64,000 nt of DNA. Origin: Caldimonas sp. GTDB lineage: Bacteria; Pseudomonadota; Gammaproteobacteria; Burkholderiales; Burkholderiaceae_C. The notes beneath the pieces are model-generated. The model ran no database searches, was not told the DNA's origin, and saw only the letters and a program-made list of their open reading frames with translations. Position 1 is the first letter of the stretch, and each line of letters starts with the position of its first letter. Of the stretch, positions 42,643 to 51,642 are shown one piece after another. Made by a program: the position numbers and the translations under genes. The stretch spans positions 211 to 64,210 of the forward strand of contig DASXLD010000012.1 in the NCBI GenBank assembly GCA_036496385.1. Direction: 5' to 3'.

Positions 42643-43485
42643 TCAGCGCGGCCGCTGCAGGCGCCGGTAGGCGTTGAAGTGGCGCACCGCCTGCTTGGCG
42701 TCGCCGAGCTGCTGGTGCAGACGGGCGGCGTTGTAGTGGGCGTCGGCGAGGTCGGGAGCCAGGCGCAGCGACGCGTGGTAGCTCGCCAGCGCCGCGGCGG
42801 CGTCGCCGCGGTCCTCGAGGGCGATCGCGCGGTTGTAGTGGAGCAGCGCCTCGTGGGGTTTTCTCCGCAGCGCCTCGTCGTAGAGCGCGACCGCCTCGTC
42901 CGAGCGATGGTTCTCGCACAGCAGCGCACCGAGGTTGAGATAGGCGTCGGCATGCATCGGGTCGATCTCGATCACGCGCCGATAGGCCACCTCGGCCGCC
43001 TTGCGGTCGCTCGCCTCGAACGCTTCGGCGCGCCGGAACCACGCTGCCGCGTCGGCCGGCGGCGCCACCGCGCGCGCCGGCGCGCGCTGCAGGAAGGCGA
43101 CGTTGCCGGAGACCGGCGCGAGCTCGAAGTCCATCACCAGCTGGCCGCTGTCGGCGTGCCACTGCGAGCGGCCGTCACGCACGGTGACGTCGTTGCCGAC
43201 CGCGGTGATGCGCAGGCCGCTGAGCGGCAACTCGGCCGGCAGCGTCGCCCTGAGACGACGCAGCGAGGCGAGGATCTTGCGCGCCGGAATCTGCGCCGCC
43301 TGCAGCTCGACCGCGGTGCGCAGGAGCACGATGTCGCGGAAGGTGAAGCGGTATTCGTTGCGCTTGCCGCGGCTCGGGGTCACGAAGCCGGAGGCGATCA
43401 GGCCGGCGACGACGCCGCGCGAGAGGCCCAGCATCTCCTGGATGCTGCGAATCGTGTAGGTGTTCGGGTCAGGCTCTGGTGTCAC
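42643..43485 (-). CDS. MerR-like HTH protein with a C-terminal tetratricopeptide-repeat domain
   Basis: GTG at 43485 overlaps the ku stop (GTGA). YTIRSIQEMLGLSRGVVAGLIASGFVTPSRGKRNEYRFTFRDIVLLRT fits the MerR HTH-wing pattern. Three or more TPR-like repeats follow (AYLNLGALL..., ALLHYNRAIAL..., AHYNAARL...). Confidence 0.7.
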   Translation of the reverse strand: MTPEPDPNTYTIRSIQEMLGLSRGVVAGLIASGFVTPSRGKRNEYRFTFRDIVLLRTAVELQAAQIPARKILASLRRLRATLPAELPLSGLRITAVGNDVTVRDGRSQWHADSGQLVMDFELAPVSGNVAFLQRAPARAVAPPADAAAWFRRAEAFEASDRKAAEVAYRRVIEIDPMHADAYLNLGALLCENHRSDEAVALYDEALRRKPHEALLHYNRAIALEDRGDAAAALASYHASLRLAPDLADAHYNAARLHQQLGDAKQAVRHFNAYRRLQRPR

Positions 43486-44414
43486 TTCCTGGCCCGCGTG
43501 CGCGCGGGAGCGGCAGCAGCCTCTTCGACCTTCGCGGCACGCTTGACGCCCTTGCGTTCCTTCGTCGCCTCGGCCGGCGCCGGTGTCGCCGGGGCCGCCT
43601 CGGCGGCCTTCGCCGGCGCCGCTTTCTTGGCGGCGCCCGCCTTGCCGAGACTCGCGCGCAGCGCCTCGACCAGGTCGATCACCTGCGCGCCGCCCGACGC
43701 CGGCTCGTGCGGCTCGTTGGCGACGATCTGCTTGCCGGCGATCTTCTCGTCGATCGCGGTCAGGATGCGCTTCTTCTCCTCGTCCTCGAACATGGTCGGA
43801 TCGTAGGTGTCCTCGGAGATCTGTTCGATCAGCTGCATCGCGAGCTTGAGCTCGGCCGGCGAGACGGTGACCTTCTCGATGTCGAGCTCATTCATCGAGC
43901 GCACTTCGTCGGCGTAGAGCAGCTGCTGCAGGACGAGGCCGTCCTCGGCAGGGCGAACCTGGACGACGTACTGCTTGGCCTTCCACGCCCATTTGGCGAG
44001 CGCACAACGGCCGCTCTGGCGCATCGCCTCGATCAGCAGGTTGTACGGCTTGGCGCCGCGCTTGTCCGGCGCCAGGTAGTAAGCCTTGTCGTAGAAGATC
44101 GGATCGACCGCCTTCTCGGGGATGAAGGCGACGATGTCGATCGTGTGGCTCGGGCTCTCGGACAGCGCCTTCAGCTCCTCGGGCTGGAAGATGACGAAGC
44201 GGTCCTTCTCGAACTCGTAGCCCTTGACCATCTCGGCGCGCTCGACGACGTGCTGGTCCTTCTCGGAGACGTACTGCTGCTTGAGGCGCGAGCCGTCCTT
44301 GTCGAGCATGTTGAAGCGAACGCTCGCCGAGCTCTCGGTCGCCGAGTAGAGCTTGACGGGAATCGACACCAGGCCGAACGAGAGGGAGAGCGAAGCGATC
44401 GAACGGGCGGCCAT
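43482..44414 (-). CDS. ku: Non-homologous end-joining protein Ku
   Basis: ATG at 44414. SLSFGLVSIPVKLYSAT, YDKAYYLAPD. Lys/Ala/Pro-rich basic C-terminal tail. Confidence 0.9.
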   Translation of the reverse strand: MAARSIASLSLSFGLVSIPVKLYSATESSASVRFNMLDKDGSRLKQQYVSEKDQHVVERAEMVKGYEFEKDRFVIFQPEELKALSESPSHTIDIVAFIPEKAVDPIFYDKAYYLAPDKRGAKPYNLLIEAMRQSGRCALAKWAWKAKQYVVQVRPAEDGLVLQQLLYADEVRSMNELDIEKVTVSPAELKLAMQLIEQISEDTYDPTMFEDEEKKRILTAIDEKIAGKQIVANEPHEPASGGAQVIDLVEALRASLGKAGAAKKAAPAKAAEAAPATPAPAEATKERKGVKRAAKVEEAAAAPARTRARK

Positions 44415-44479
44415 CGGAGATCCTCGAAGTCTCGGGTCCGCCCGGCGACCGCGCCGCGAAGCGGACGGGCAATATACGG

Positions 44480-44493
44480 GCAAGCCCTGTGCC
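44480..44493 (-). promoter_or_regulatory. Sigma-54-type -24/-12 element (GGCAC-agggc-TTGC) upstream of ku
   Basis: The minus strand reads aaGGCACagggcTTGCc. It lies in the 82-bp ligD-ku spacer, 65 nt before the ku ATG. Pattern match only. Confidence 0.4.
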
Positions 44494-44496
44494 TTG

Positions 44497-47055
44497 TCAC
44501 CCCGCGCCGTTGCGCGACGCCGACGCCTTGAAGCCGAGCGTCTTCATGCCCGGACCGAGGCTCTGGCGCGTCGTCCAGTACTCGGCCCAGGGGTCCGTCG
44601 CTTCGAAGCTCAGGTATTCGCGTGCCGTCAGGACCGTCCACTGCGCTGCGCCCCTGAGCGCCATCAGCTGCTCCCAGGCCACCGGCATCGAGACGCCCAG
44701 GCCCGGGCGCGACCGGGCCGAAAAGGCGGTGGCGGTCGTCTGGCCGTGGCCGTTCCTCAGGTAGTCGACGAAGATCCTGCCGACCCGGTTGCTGCCGCCG
44801 CTCTTGGCGACGAAACGCTGCGGAATCGTTTTCGCCAAATGCGTCACGACCGCGGCCGAGAATTCCTTGACGACGTCGTAGCCGAGCCTGGGCACGATCG
44901 GCACGACGACGTGCAGCCCCTTGCCGCCGCTCGTCTTCAGCCAGCTCGCAAGGCCGAGCTCGGTCAGCATCGCGCGCGTCAGCAGCGCCGCCTCCTGCAC
45001 CTGCGCCCACGACACGCCCTCGCCCGGATCGAGGTCGAAGACGATGCGGTCGGGCTGGTCGATCTTCTTCGCCGTCGAGTTCCAGGTATGGAACTCGATC
45101 GTGTTCATCTGCGCCGCCGAGACGAGCGCGTCGGGGGTGTCGACGGCGAGCAGCGCGGAGTGCCCGGGCCAGAGCTTCGGGTCGAGCTCGCGCAGCCCGG
45201 GCATCCGAGTCTCGGGATGCTTCTGGAAGAACAGCTCGCCGGCGATGCCCTCCGGCGCGCGCACCAGCGACACGGGACGGTCGCGCAAATGCGGCAGGAT
45301 CCGCTCGGCGATGCTCTCGTAGTAGCGGACGAGCGTGACCTTGGTGATACCCGTCGACGGATCGATGACGCGCTCGGGGTTGGTGACCTTGATGCTCGAT
45401 CGCGCTGGCGGCGGCGAAGCTGCGGCGCTGCCGGCCGCGGCGGCCGCGGCGATCTCGCGCGTCACCTCGCGCGCTGGCTTGTCGGGCCGCAGGGCGACGA
45501 ACACCGCATGACGGACGTGACCTTCGGGCGTCCATTCGCGAAACGACACCTCGGCGACGAGCTCGGGACGGGCCCAGCGTTCGCCGCCGGCGACACGGCG
45601 CGACCAGCGCCCCGGCACGATCGCCAAGGTCGCGAGCGTCGGCGTCTTCGTCTCGAGCGCGACGAGTCGGCGGTGCAGCTCGCGGGCGCTGCGCGCGTCC
45701 CAACCGGTGCCGACGTTGCCGGCGTAGGTCAGCACGCCGCCTTCGTAGGTGCCGAGAAAGAGGCTGCCGACCTCGCCGCGCGCGCCGTTGCGGTCGGTGA
45801 AGCCGCAGACCACGAACTCCTGCCGCTGCGCGCACTTGAGCTTCAGCCAGCTGTCGCTGCGCTGCGAGACGTACGGTGCGTCGGGACGCTTGACGATGAT
45901 CCCCTCGAGCTGCATCTGGCGCGCCGCCTCGAGCATCTGCGCCGGCGCTGCGGGCAACGCCTGGCTGAGGCGGACGCGATCGACCGTGGTCTTCGCGAGC
46001 AGCGACGCGAGCAGCGCGCGGCGTGCGCGCAGCGGCACCTTGCGCAGGTCGTAGCCGTCGTGAAACGGCAGGTCGAACACGAAGTACTCGATCGCCTCGC
46101 TCGCCGCGCTGTCGATCGCGTTCTGCAGCGCGTTGAACTCGGGCAGGCCGTTCTCGCCCCGGACGACGATCTCGCCGTCGAGCCACGCCGACGCGATGCC
46201 GAGCGACTCGACCGCGGCGGCGAGCGGCTTCATCTTGTCGGTCCAGTCGTGGCCGCCGCGCGTGACGAGCCTGGCCTTGCCGTGCTCGACGCGCGCCATC
46301 AGCCGGTAGCCGTCGAACTTCGTCTCCACGATCCAGTCGCCGGCCGGCGCCACGGCGACCAGCGTCGCGAGCTGTGGCTCGAGCTTCGCCGGCAGCGGCG
46401 CGCCGATGGCGGCCGAGAGGTCGGGCGCGTCCGCCGCAGCGCCGGCGTCGGTGCCCGCAGCAACGGCCGCGCGCGGCTCGCGCTGCTCGAGAAGACCGAG
46501 CGGCTTCGCAACGACGCTGTCGGGCAGCGCGGCGATGACGTCGTACTCGGCAACCCGCCGCGCCCATGCATCCTTCTTCTTGAAGAGCAACCAGGCGTCC
46601 TGCTTGTCGCCCGGCTTGGCGATGCGGACGAACTCCCAGAGGCCGGCGAGCTTCTCGCCATGGAGGCGAAAGACGAGCTTGCCCGTCGCGATGCCTTCGC
46701 GCGGGTCGCCCTCGGCAGCCCACGTGCCGCGGTCCCAGACGATGACGGTGCCGGCGCCGTACTGTCGCGGCGGGATCGTGCCCTCGAAGCTCGCGTAGTC
46801 GAGGGGATGGTCCTCGACATGAATCGCCATCTGCATCTTCGACGGGTCGAACGAGGGGCCCTTCGGCACCGCCCAGCTGACCAGGACGCCGTCGAGCTCG
46901 AGGCGAAAGTCGTAGTGCAGGCGGCTCGCCCAGTGCTTCTGGACGACGAACGAGAGGCGGTCGCTGCCGGCCGCCTTCGCCGGTGCGCCGGCGGGCTCCG
47001 ACGTGATGTCGAAGTTGCGTTTCTGCCGGTAGGTCGAGAGCGGTGTCTGCGCCAT
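44497..47055 (-). CDS. ligD: ATP-dependent DNA ligase LigD, full length (phosphoesterase - ligase - primase/polymerase)
   Basis: ATG at 47055. PE module LSTYRQKRNFDITSEP, FVVQKHWASRLHYDFRLE. Ligase motifs VETKFDGYRLM, LEGIIVKR, WLKLKC. Polymerase motifs IVFDLDPGE, KTSGGKGLHVVVP. Confidence 0.9.
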   Translation of the reverse strand: MAQTPLSTYRQKRNFDITSEPAGAPAKAAGSDRLSFVVQKHWASRLHYDFRLELDGVLVSWAVPKGPSFDPSKMQMAIHVEDHPLDYASFEGTIPPRQYGAGTVIVWDRGTWAAEGDPREGIATGKLVFRLHGEKLAGLWEFVRIAKPGDKQDAWLLFKKKDAWARRVAEYDVIAALPDSVVAKPLGLLEQREPRAAVAAGTDAGAAADAPDLSAAIGAPLPAKLEPQLATLVAVAPAGDWIVETKFDGYRLMARVEHGKARLVTRGGHDWTDKMKPLAAAVESLGIASAWLDGEIVVRGENGLPEFNALQNAIDSAASEAIEYFVFDLPFHDGYDLRKVPLRARRALLASLLAKTTVDRVRLSQALPAAPAQMLEAARQMQLEGIIVKRPDAPYVSQRSDSWLKLKCAQRQEFVVCGFTDRNGARGEVGSLFLGTYEGGVLTYAGNVGTGWDARSARELHRRLVALETKTPTLATLAIVPGRWSRRVAGGERWARPELVAEVSFREWTPEGHVRHAVFVALRPDKPAREVTREIAAAAAAGSAAASPPPARSSIKVTNPERVIDPSTGITKVTLVRYYESIAERILPHLRDRPVSLVRAPEGIAGELFFQKHPETRMPGLRELDPKLWPGHSALLAVDTPDALVSAAQMNTIEFHTWNSTAKKIDQPDRIVFDLDPGEGVSWAQVQEAALLTRAMLTELGLASWLKTSGGKGLHVVVPIVPRLGYDVVKEFSAAVVTHLAKTIPQRFVAKSGGSNRVGRIFVDYLRNGHGQTTATAFSARSRPGLGVSMPVAWEQLMALRGAAQWTVLTAREYLSFEATDPWAEYWTTRQSLGPGMKTLGFKASASRNGAG

Positions 47056-47246
47056 CGTCGCGCCCGCGTGCGCATCGTTGCGGTCACGCAAGGACACCGC
47101 GAGCCTGGGTGCAAGCTGATAATTCCATGATAGCGACGCGGCCGTGTCAGCCTCGGGTCTGCCCGACGCCAGCGGGGCGACTTCTCCTACAGCAGCGGCC
47201 CGCGAGGCGGGCGAGGATGACGAATCCTTCGCCATCGGAGCTTGAC

Positions 47247-47819
47247 ATGCGAACCAACAGAATCATCGCCGCCATCACGTCGGGTGCGCTCTTCCTGGGC
47301 AGCGCTGCGGCATTCGCTCAGGCAGAGCGCAACCAGGAGCTGCTCGACCAGAGGCAGCGCGACCAGCAGCGCGGCTTTCCGAACGGCGACCCGCGCAGCG
47401 GTGACGCGACCACGCCGGCGGTGACCGACCGGCGCGGCAACCTCCACGAGGTGCGGCCGACGAACAATCACGGCGGTTATCAGGTCGGACCGGCGCTCAG
47501 CGCGCGCAGCGACCCGCGTCACGAACAGCGTTACGACCCGCGCTACTACCAGCGCTACGACAATCGCGAGGGGCGGTACTACCCGGGCGACCACAACGGC
47601 GGCGATTGGCGCGGCCGCGGCGCCGGCCCCAACCACGACTGGTACCGCGGCAGCCGCCTGCCGCGCGAATACAACAGCCGCTACTACGTCGTCGACGACT
47701 GGCGCGGCCACCACCTGAGCGCGCCGCCGAGGGGCTACCACTGGGTGCAAAACGGCGGCGACTACGTGCTGGCGGCGATCGCGACCGGAGTCATCGCGGC
47801 GATCCTGCTGAACCAATAA
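47247..47819 (+). CDS. RcnB-like periplasmic/membrane-anchored protein
   Basis: ATG follows GGAG. Signal peptide. C-terminal YVVDDWRGHHLSAPPRGYHWVQNGGDYVLAAIATGVIAAIL is typical of the RcnB/YohN family. The central part is Arg/Tyr/Asp-rich and low in complexity. Confidence 0.7.
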   Translation: MRTNRIIAAITSGALFLGSAAAFAQAERNQELLDQRQRDQQRGFPNGDPRSGDATTPAVTDRRGNLHEVRPTNNHGGYQVGPALSARSDPRHEQRYDPRYYQRYDNREGRYYPGDHNGGDWRGRGAGPNHDWYRGSRLPREYNSRYYVVDDWRGHHLSAPPRGYHWVQNGGDYVLAAIATGVIAAILLNQ

Positions 47820-47950
47820 CCCGCCGGGCGAAGGAGGCGCGCGCGAAGGATTCGAGCCGTCGGGGCCGAGCGGTTCCCGGCGAAGTTTCGGCGACTTCGC
47901 GTTGGCCTCCCCGCGCCGAGGCATCATCGCGGCACAGGAGAATCGCCGTG

Positions 47951-48328
47951 ATGAGGTCAACGTTTTTTGGTCGCGCGCTCGCGGCGGCATCGCTTCTCGT
48001 CGCACTCGGCGGCTGCAGCCTGCTGAAGCCCAACGAGCAAGTGCTCGCGGTCATCAACCAGCGCGTCATCGGCATGCCGGTGGGCGACTTCTTCGACCGC
48101 TATGGACGGCCGCGCTCGCGCACCGAGATGCTCGACCACTCGACCGAATACGACTGGATCTCGGCGGTGCCGTATGCGCGGCCGGGGGTCGAGGGTCTCG
48201 ATGAACACGTCTGCAAGCTGCACGTCACCAGCGATCCGCGCGGCCGGATCAACCGCGTCGACGTGGTCTACGACGCGCCCGGACTGAAGAGCGCGTCGCG
48301 CTGCGGCGAGATCTTCGCCGAGAAGTGA
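47951..48328 (+). CDS. Hypothetical lipoprotein (125 aa)
   Basis: ATG follows AGGAG. Lipobox LVALGGC. Confidence 0.6.
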   Translation: MRSTFFGRALAAASLLVALGGCSLLKPNEQVLAVINQRVIGMPVGDFFDRYGRPRSRTEMLDHSTEYDWISAVPYARPGVEGLDEHVCKLHVTSDPRGRINRVDVVYDAPGLKSASRCGEIFAEK

Positions 48329-48347
48329 CGCCGGCAGCGAGCCACCG

Positions 48348-49613
48348 ATGAGCGATGGCACGCGGCGCAACGGCGACGAGGCGGGCGACGTCGTCATCGT
48401 CGGCGCCGGCATCGGCGGGCTGACGCTCGCCCTTGCGCTGCACCGCGCCGGCATCGCCTGCCGCGTCTACGACGCTGCCGCCGATCTGCAGCCGCTCGGC
48501 GTCGGCATCAACGTGCTGCCGCACGCGACCGCCACGCTCGCGGCGCTCGGCATCCTCGCCGGGCTCGAGCGCATCGCCGTCGTCACGCGCGAGGCGGCAT
48601 TCTTCAACCGCTTCGGCCAGCTCGTTTACGTCGAGCCGGCGGGGCGCTGGGCCGGCCACGACTCACCGCAGCTGTCGATCCATCGCGGCGACCTGCACGC
48701 CGTGCTGCTCGCCGCGGTGCGCGAGCGGATCGGCGACGATCGCGTCATCGCCGGCCACGCCTGCGGCGGCATCGACCATGACGATGCGAGGGTGCGGCTG
48801 CGCTTCCGCGATCCTGCCGGCACGGCATTGCCCGATGCGTTCGCCGCGGTCGCGATCGGCTGCGACGGCATCCATTCGGCGCTACGCAGGCAGCTCTATC
48901 CGGACGAAGGGCCGCCGCGCTGGTCGGGCGTCAACATGTGGCGTGGCATCGTCGCGCACGCGCCGTTCCTGAGCGGGGCGACGATGGTCCGCGCCGGCTG
49001 GCTCTCGGTCGGCAAGATGGTGATCTATCCGATCCGCAACGACGTCGATGGCGGGGGGCGCCAGCTCGTCAACTGGGTCGCCGAGCTCGAGGGCGAGGAA
49101 CCGGTCCGGCGCGACTGGAACGCGCGCGGCAGCCTCGACGACTTCTTCCCGGCGTTCGCCGGCTGGCACTTCGACTGGCTCGACGTCGCCGCGCTGATCC
49201 GCTCGACCGAGACCGTGCTCGCATATCCGATGGTCGACCAGGACCCGCTGCCGCGCTGGAGCTTCGGCCGCGTCACGCTGCTCGGCGACGCCGCGCATCC
49301 GATGGTGCCGCGCGGCTCGAACGGCGCCGGCCAGGCCATCCTCGACGCGGTCTGCCTCGCCGAGCAGATCGCGGCGCGCGGCGTCGGCATCGAAGCGCTC
49401 GCCGAGTACGAACGGATCCGCAACCCGGCAACCGCGCAGGTCGTCCTCGCCAACCGCAGCACGCCGCCCGACGCCATCCTGCGCGAGGTGCACGAGCGCT
49501 CGGGCGACAAGCCGTTCGCGCGCATCGAGGACGTCGTCTCGCGCGAAGAGCTGGCGCGGATCGCCGACGCCTACAAGCAGGTCGCCGGCCTGCGTCGTGC
49601 GCCACCCTCATGA
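48348..49613 (+). CDS. FAD-dependent aromatic-ring monooxygenase-type flavoprotein
   Basis: DVVIVGAGIGGLTLALAL (GxGxxG), DG..S motif GCDGIHSALR, LLGDAAHPMVPRGSNGAGQAILDA. Confidence 0.85.
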   Translation: MSDGTRRNGDEAGDVVIVGAGIGGLTLALALHRAGIACRVYDAAADLQPLGVGINVLPHATATLAALGILAGLERIAVVTREAAFFNRFGQLVYVEPAGRWAGHDSPQLSIHRGDLHAVLLAAVRERIGDDRVIAGHACGGIDHDDARVRLRFRDPAGTALPDAFAAVAIGCDGIHSALRRQLYPDEGPPRWSGVNMWRGIVAHAPFLSGATMVRAGWLSVGKMVIYPIRNDVDGGGRQLVNWVAELEGEEPVRRDWNARGSLDDFFPAFAGWHFDWLDVAALIRSTETVLAYPMVDQDPLPRWSFGRVTLLGDAAHPMVPRGSNGAGQAILDAVCLAEQIAARGVGIEALAEYERIRNPATAQVVLANRSTPPDAILREVHERSGDKPFARIEDVVSREELARIADAYKQVAGLRRAPPS

Positions 49614-49659
49614 GCTTGCTCCGTTCGAAAGGCAGCAGGCGCCGCCACGGGAGACCTGC

Positions 49660-50655
49660 ATGAACGCTATCCGCTCGCTGCGACGCCGCCCGGTCGTCGT
49701 CACGCTCGTCGCCGGCGCCTTCGCCGTCCTTGCGACGGCGCGCGCCCGCGCCCAGCCGGGCTGGCCGGGCAAGCCGGTCCGCATCGTCGTCCCGTTCACG
49801 CCCGGGACGGGAATGGACATCCTGGCGCGAACGCTCGCGCCGCACTTCCAGGCCGCATGGGGCCAGGCGATCGTCGTCGACAACCGGCCCGGGGCGTCGG
49901 GCAACCTCGGCGCCGGCGCGGTCGCCAAGGCGCCGCCCGACGGGCTGACGCTGCTGATGGGCGTCAACACGCTGATCATCAACCCGGCGCTGTACGCGAA
50001 CATGACGTACGACCCGCTCAAGGACCTCGCGCCGATCGGCCTGTGCGCGACCGGCTCGTTCCTGCTCGTCGCCAGCGCCGCTGCGAAACTGCGCTCGGTC
50101 GACGAGCTCGTCCGGGCAGCACGCGCCAACCCCGGCAAGCTCGACTACGCATCGCCGGGGATCGCGACGCCGCACCACATGGCGATGGAGCTGTTCAAGC
50201 TTCAGGCCAAGGTGTCGATCACGCACATTCCGTTCTCCGGCACTGCGGGCGCGGTCAACGCAGTGCTGGCGGGCGACGTGCCGCTGATGTTCCTGCCGGT
50301 GCATGTCGCCATGGCGCAAGTCAGGGGCGGGCGCCTGGTCGCGCTCGCCGCCGCCGGCGACCGCCGCTCGACGCTCGCCCCCGACGTGCCGACGCTCGCC
50401 GAGCTCGGCTATCCCGGCATCCAGGCCGAGCTCTGGTACGGCATGCTCGCGCCGGCGGGAACGCCGCACGACATCGTCGCCCGCGTCCACGACGACATGG
50501 CGAAGGCGCTCGCGCTGGCCGAGGTGCGCAGCGCGCTCGCGGCGCAAGGGATGGAGGTCGCGCCGAGCTCGCCGGAGGAGATGGCGGCGCTGATGCGGCG
50601 CGACGCCGCGCGCTGGGCCGCGGTCGTCCAGCGCGCCGGCATCAAGGCCGAATGA
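49660..50655 (+). CDS. Tripartite tricarboxylate transporter substrate-binding protein (Bug/TctC family)
   Basis: ATG follows GGGAGA. Signal peptide, then WPGKPVRIVVPFTPGTGMDILAR and VDNRPGASGNLG. Confidence 0.85.
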   Translation: MNAIRSLRRRPVVVTLVAGAFAVLATARARAQPGWPGKPVRIVVPFTPGTGMDILARTLAPHFQAAWGQAIVVDNRPGASGNLGAGAVAKAPPDGLTLLMGVNTLIINPALYANMTYDPLKDLAPIGLCATGSFLLVASAAAKLRSVDELVRAARANPGKLDYASPGIATPHHMAMELFKLQAKVSITHIPFSGTAGAVNAVLAGDVPLMFLPVHVAMAQVRGGRLVALAAAGDRRSTLAPDVPTLAELGYPGIQAELWYGMLAPAGTPHDIVARVHDDMAKALALAEVRSALAAQGMEVAPSSPEEMAALMRRDAARWAAVVQRAGIKAE

Positions 50656-51614
50656 TCGATCATTGCGCGATGCACAACCGAGCCACTGACCCCTGGCCAC
50701 CGCTGCCCTACGACGCCTGGCGCGCGACAGCGACGACGCTGCATCGCTGGACCCAGATCGTCGGCAAGGTGCGGCTCGCGCTGACGCCATGGCTCAACCA
50801 CGGCTGGCACGTCCCGCTCTACGTCGGCGCGCGCGGGCTCGGCACGGCGTTGATCCACACCGACACGACCACGCTCGAGATCGAGTTCGACTTCGTCGAC
50901 CACCGGCTCGTCGTCACGACCGCCGGCGGCCGGCGTGGCTTCGCGTTGGCGCCGATGTCGGTTGCGGCGTTCTATCGCCGCCTGATGGCCGAGCTCGCTG
51001 CGGCCGGGGTCGAGATCGCGATCGACGTCCATCCGAACGAGATCGCCGACCCGATCGCGTTCCCCGACGACGAGACACACGCCGCCTACGACGCCCCTGC
51101 GGTCGAGCGTTTCTGGCGCGCTCTCGTCTCGATCGACCGCGTCCTGCACATCTTCCGGACGTCGTTCCTCGGCAAGACGAGCCCGGTTCATTTCTTCTGG
51201 GGCAGCTTCGATCTCGCGGTGACGCGCTTCTCGGGTCGGCCCGCGCCGCTGCATCCCGGCGGCATTCCCGGTTTGCCCGACGCAGTGACGCGCGAGGCGT
51301 ATTCGCACGAAGTGAGCAGCGCGGGCTTCTGGCCCGGCAATGACGCATCGCCGCAAGCGGCCTTCTATTCGTACGCGTATCCGACGCCACCCGGGTTCGC
51401 GGCCGCGCGCATCGAGCCCGAAGGCGCTGCCTGGTCCGAAACGATGGGCGAATGGCTGCTGCCGTACGAGGTCGTTCGCAGCGCCCGCGATCCCGATCGC
51501 GTCGCGCTGCGCTTCCTCGCATCGACCTATCGCGCCGTGGCGGCGCTCGCCCGCTGGGACCCGGCGCTCGAGTGCGCGACCGGCGTGCCGCGTCGGCCAC
51601 GGCCGGTCGGCTGA
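50652..51614 (+). CDS. DUF5996-family protein
   Basis: ATGA overlap with the Bug gene stop. TLHRWTQIVGKVRLALTPWLNHGWHVPLYVGARGL matches my recollection of the DUF5996 signature. Not searched. Confidence 0.65.
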   Translation: MIDHCAMHNRATDPWPPLPYDAWRATATTLHRWTQIVGKVRLALTPWLNHGWHVPLYVGARGLGTALIHTDTTTLEIEFDFVDHRLVVTTAGGRRGFALAPMSVAAFYRRLMAELAAAGVEIAIDVHPNEIADPIAFPDDETHAAYDAPAVERFWRALVSIDRVLHIFRTSFLGKTSPVHFFWGSFDLAVTRFSGRPAPLHPGGIPGLPDAVTREAYSHEVSSAGFWPGNDASPQAAFYSYAYPTPPGFAAARIEPEGAAWSETMGEWLLPYEVVRSARDPDRVALRFLASTYRAVAALARWDPALECATGVPRRPRPVG

Positions 51615-51642
51615 ACGCTACGCCGGCGCGGCGGCGCCAGGC

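Noticed and set aside
38700-43162. 608-aa and 955-aa run-on minus-strand ORFs; the same applies to 59498..62125 and 62198..63829
   Set aside because: Only the C-terminal parts carry recognisable domains and start at ATG/GTG codons with good SD sites. The upstream parts are shadow sequence across neighbouring genes. I therefore trimmed the calls.
44171-47130. 850-aa (minus) and 925-aa (plus) ORFs overlapping ligD
   Set aside because: These are alternative frames of a gene whose main frame carries every LigD motif. Their composition is Arg-rich.
47056-47246. LexA/SOS box or sigma-54 site upstream of ligD-2
   Set aside because: There is no CTGT-N8-ACAG. TGGAAT...TTGCA is present, but the GG-to-GC spacing is 2 nt too long for a sigma-54 promoter.
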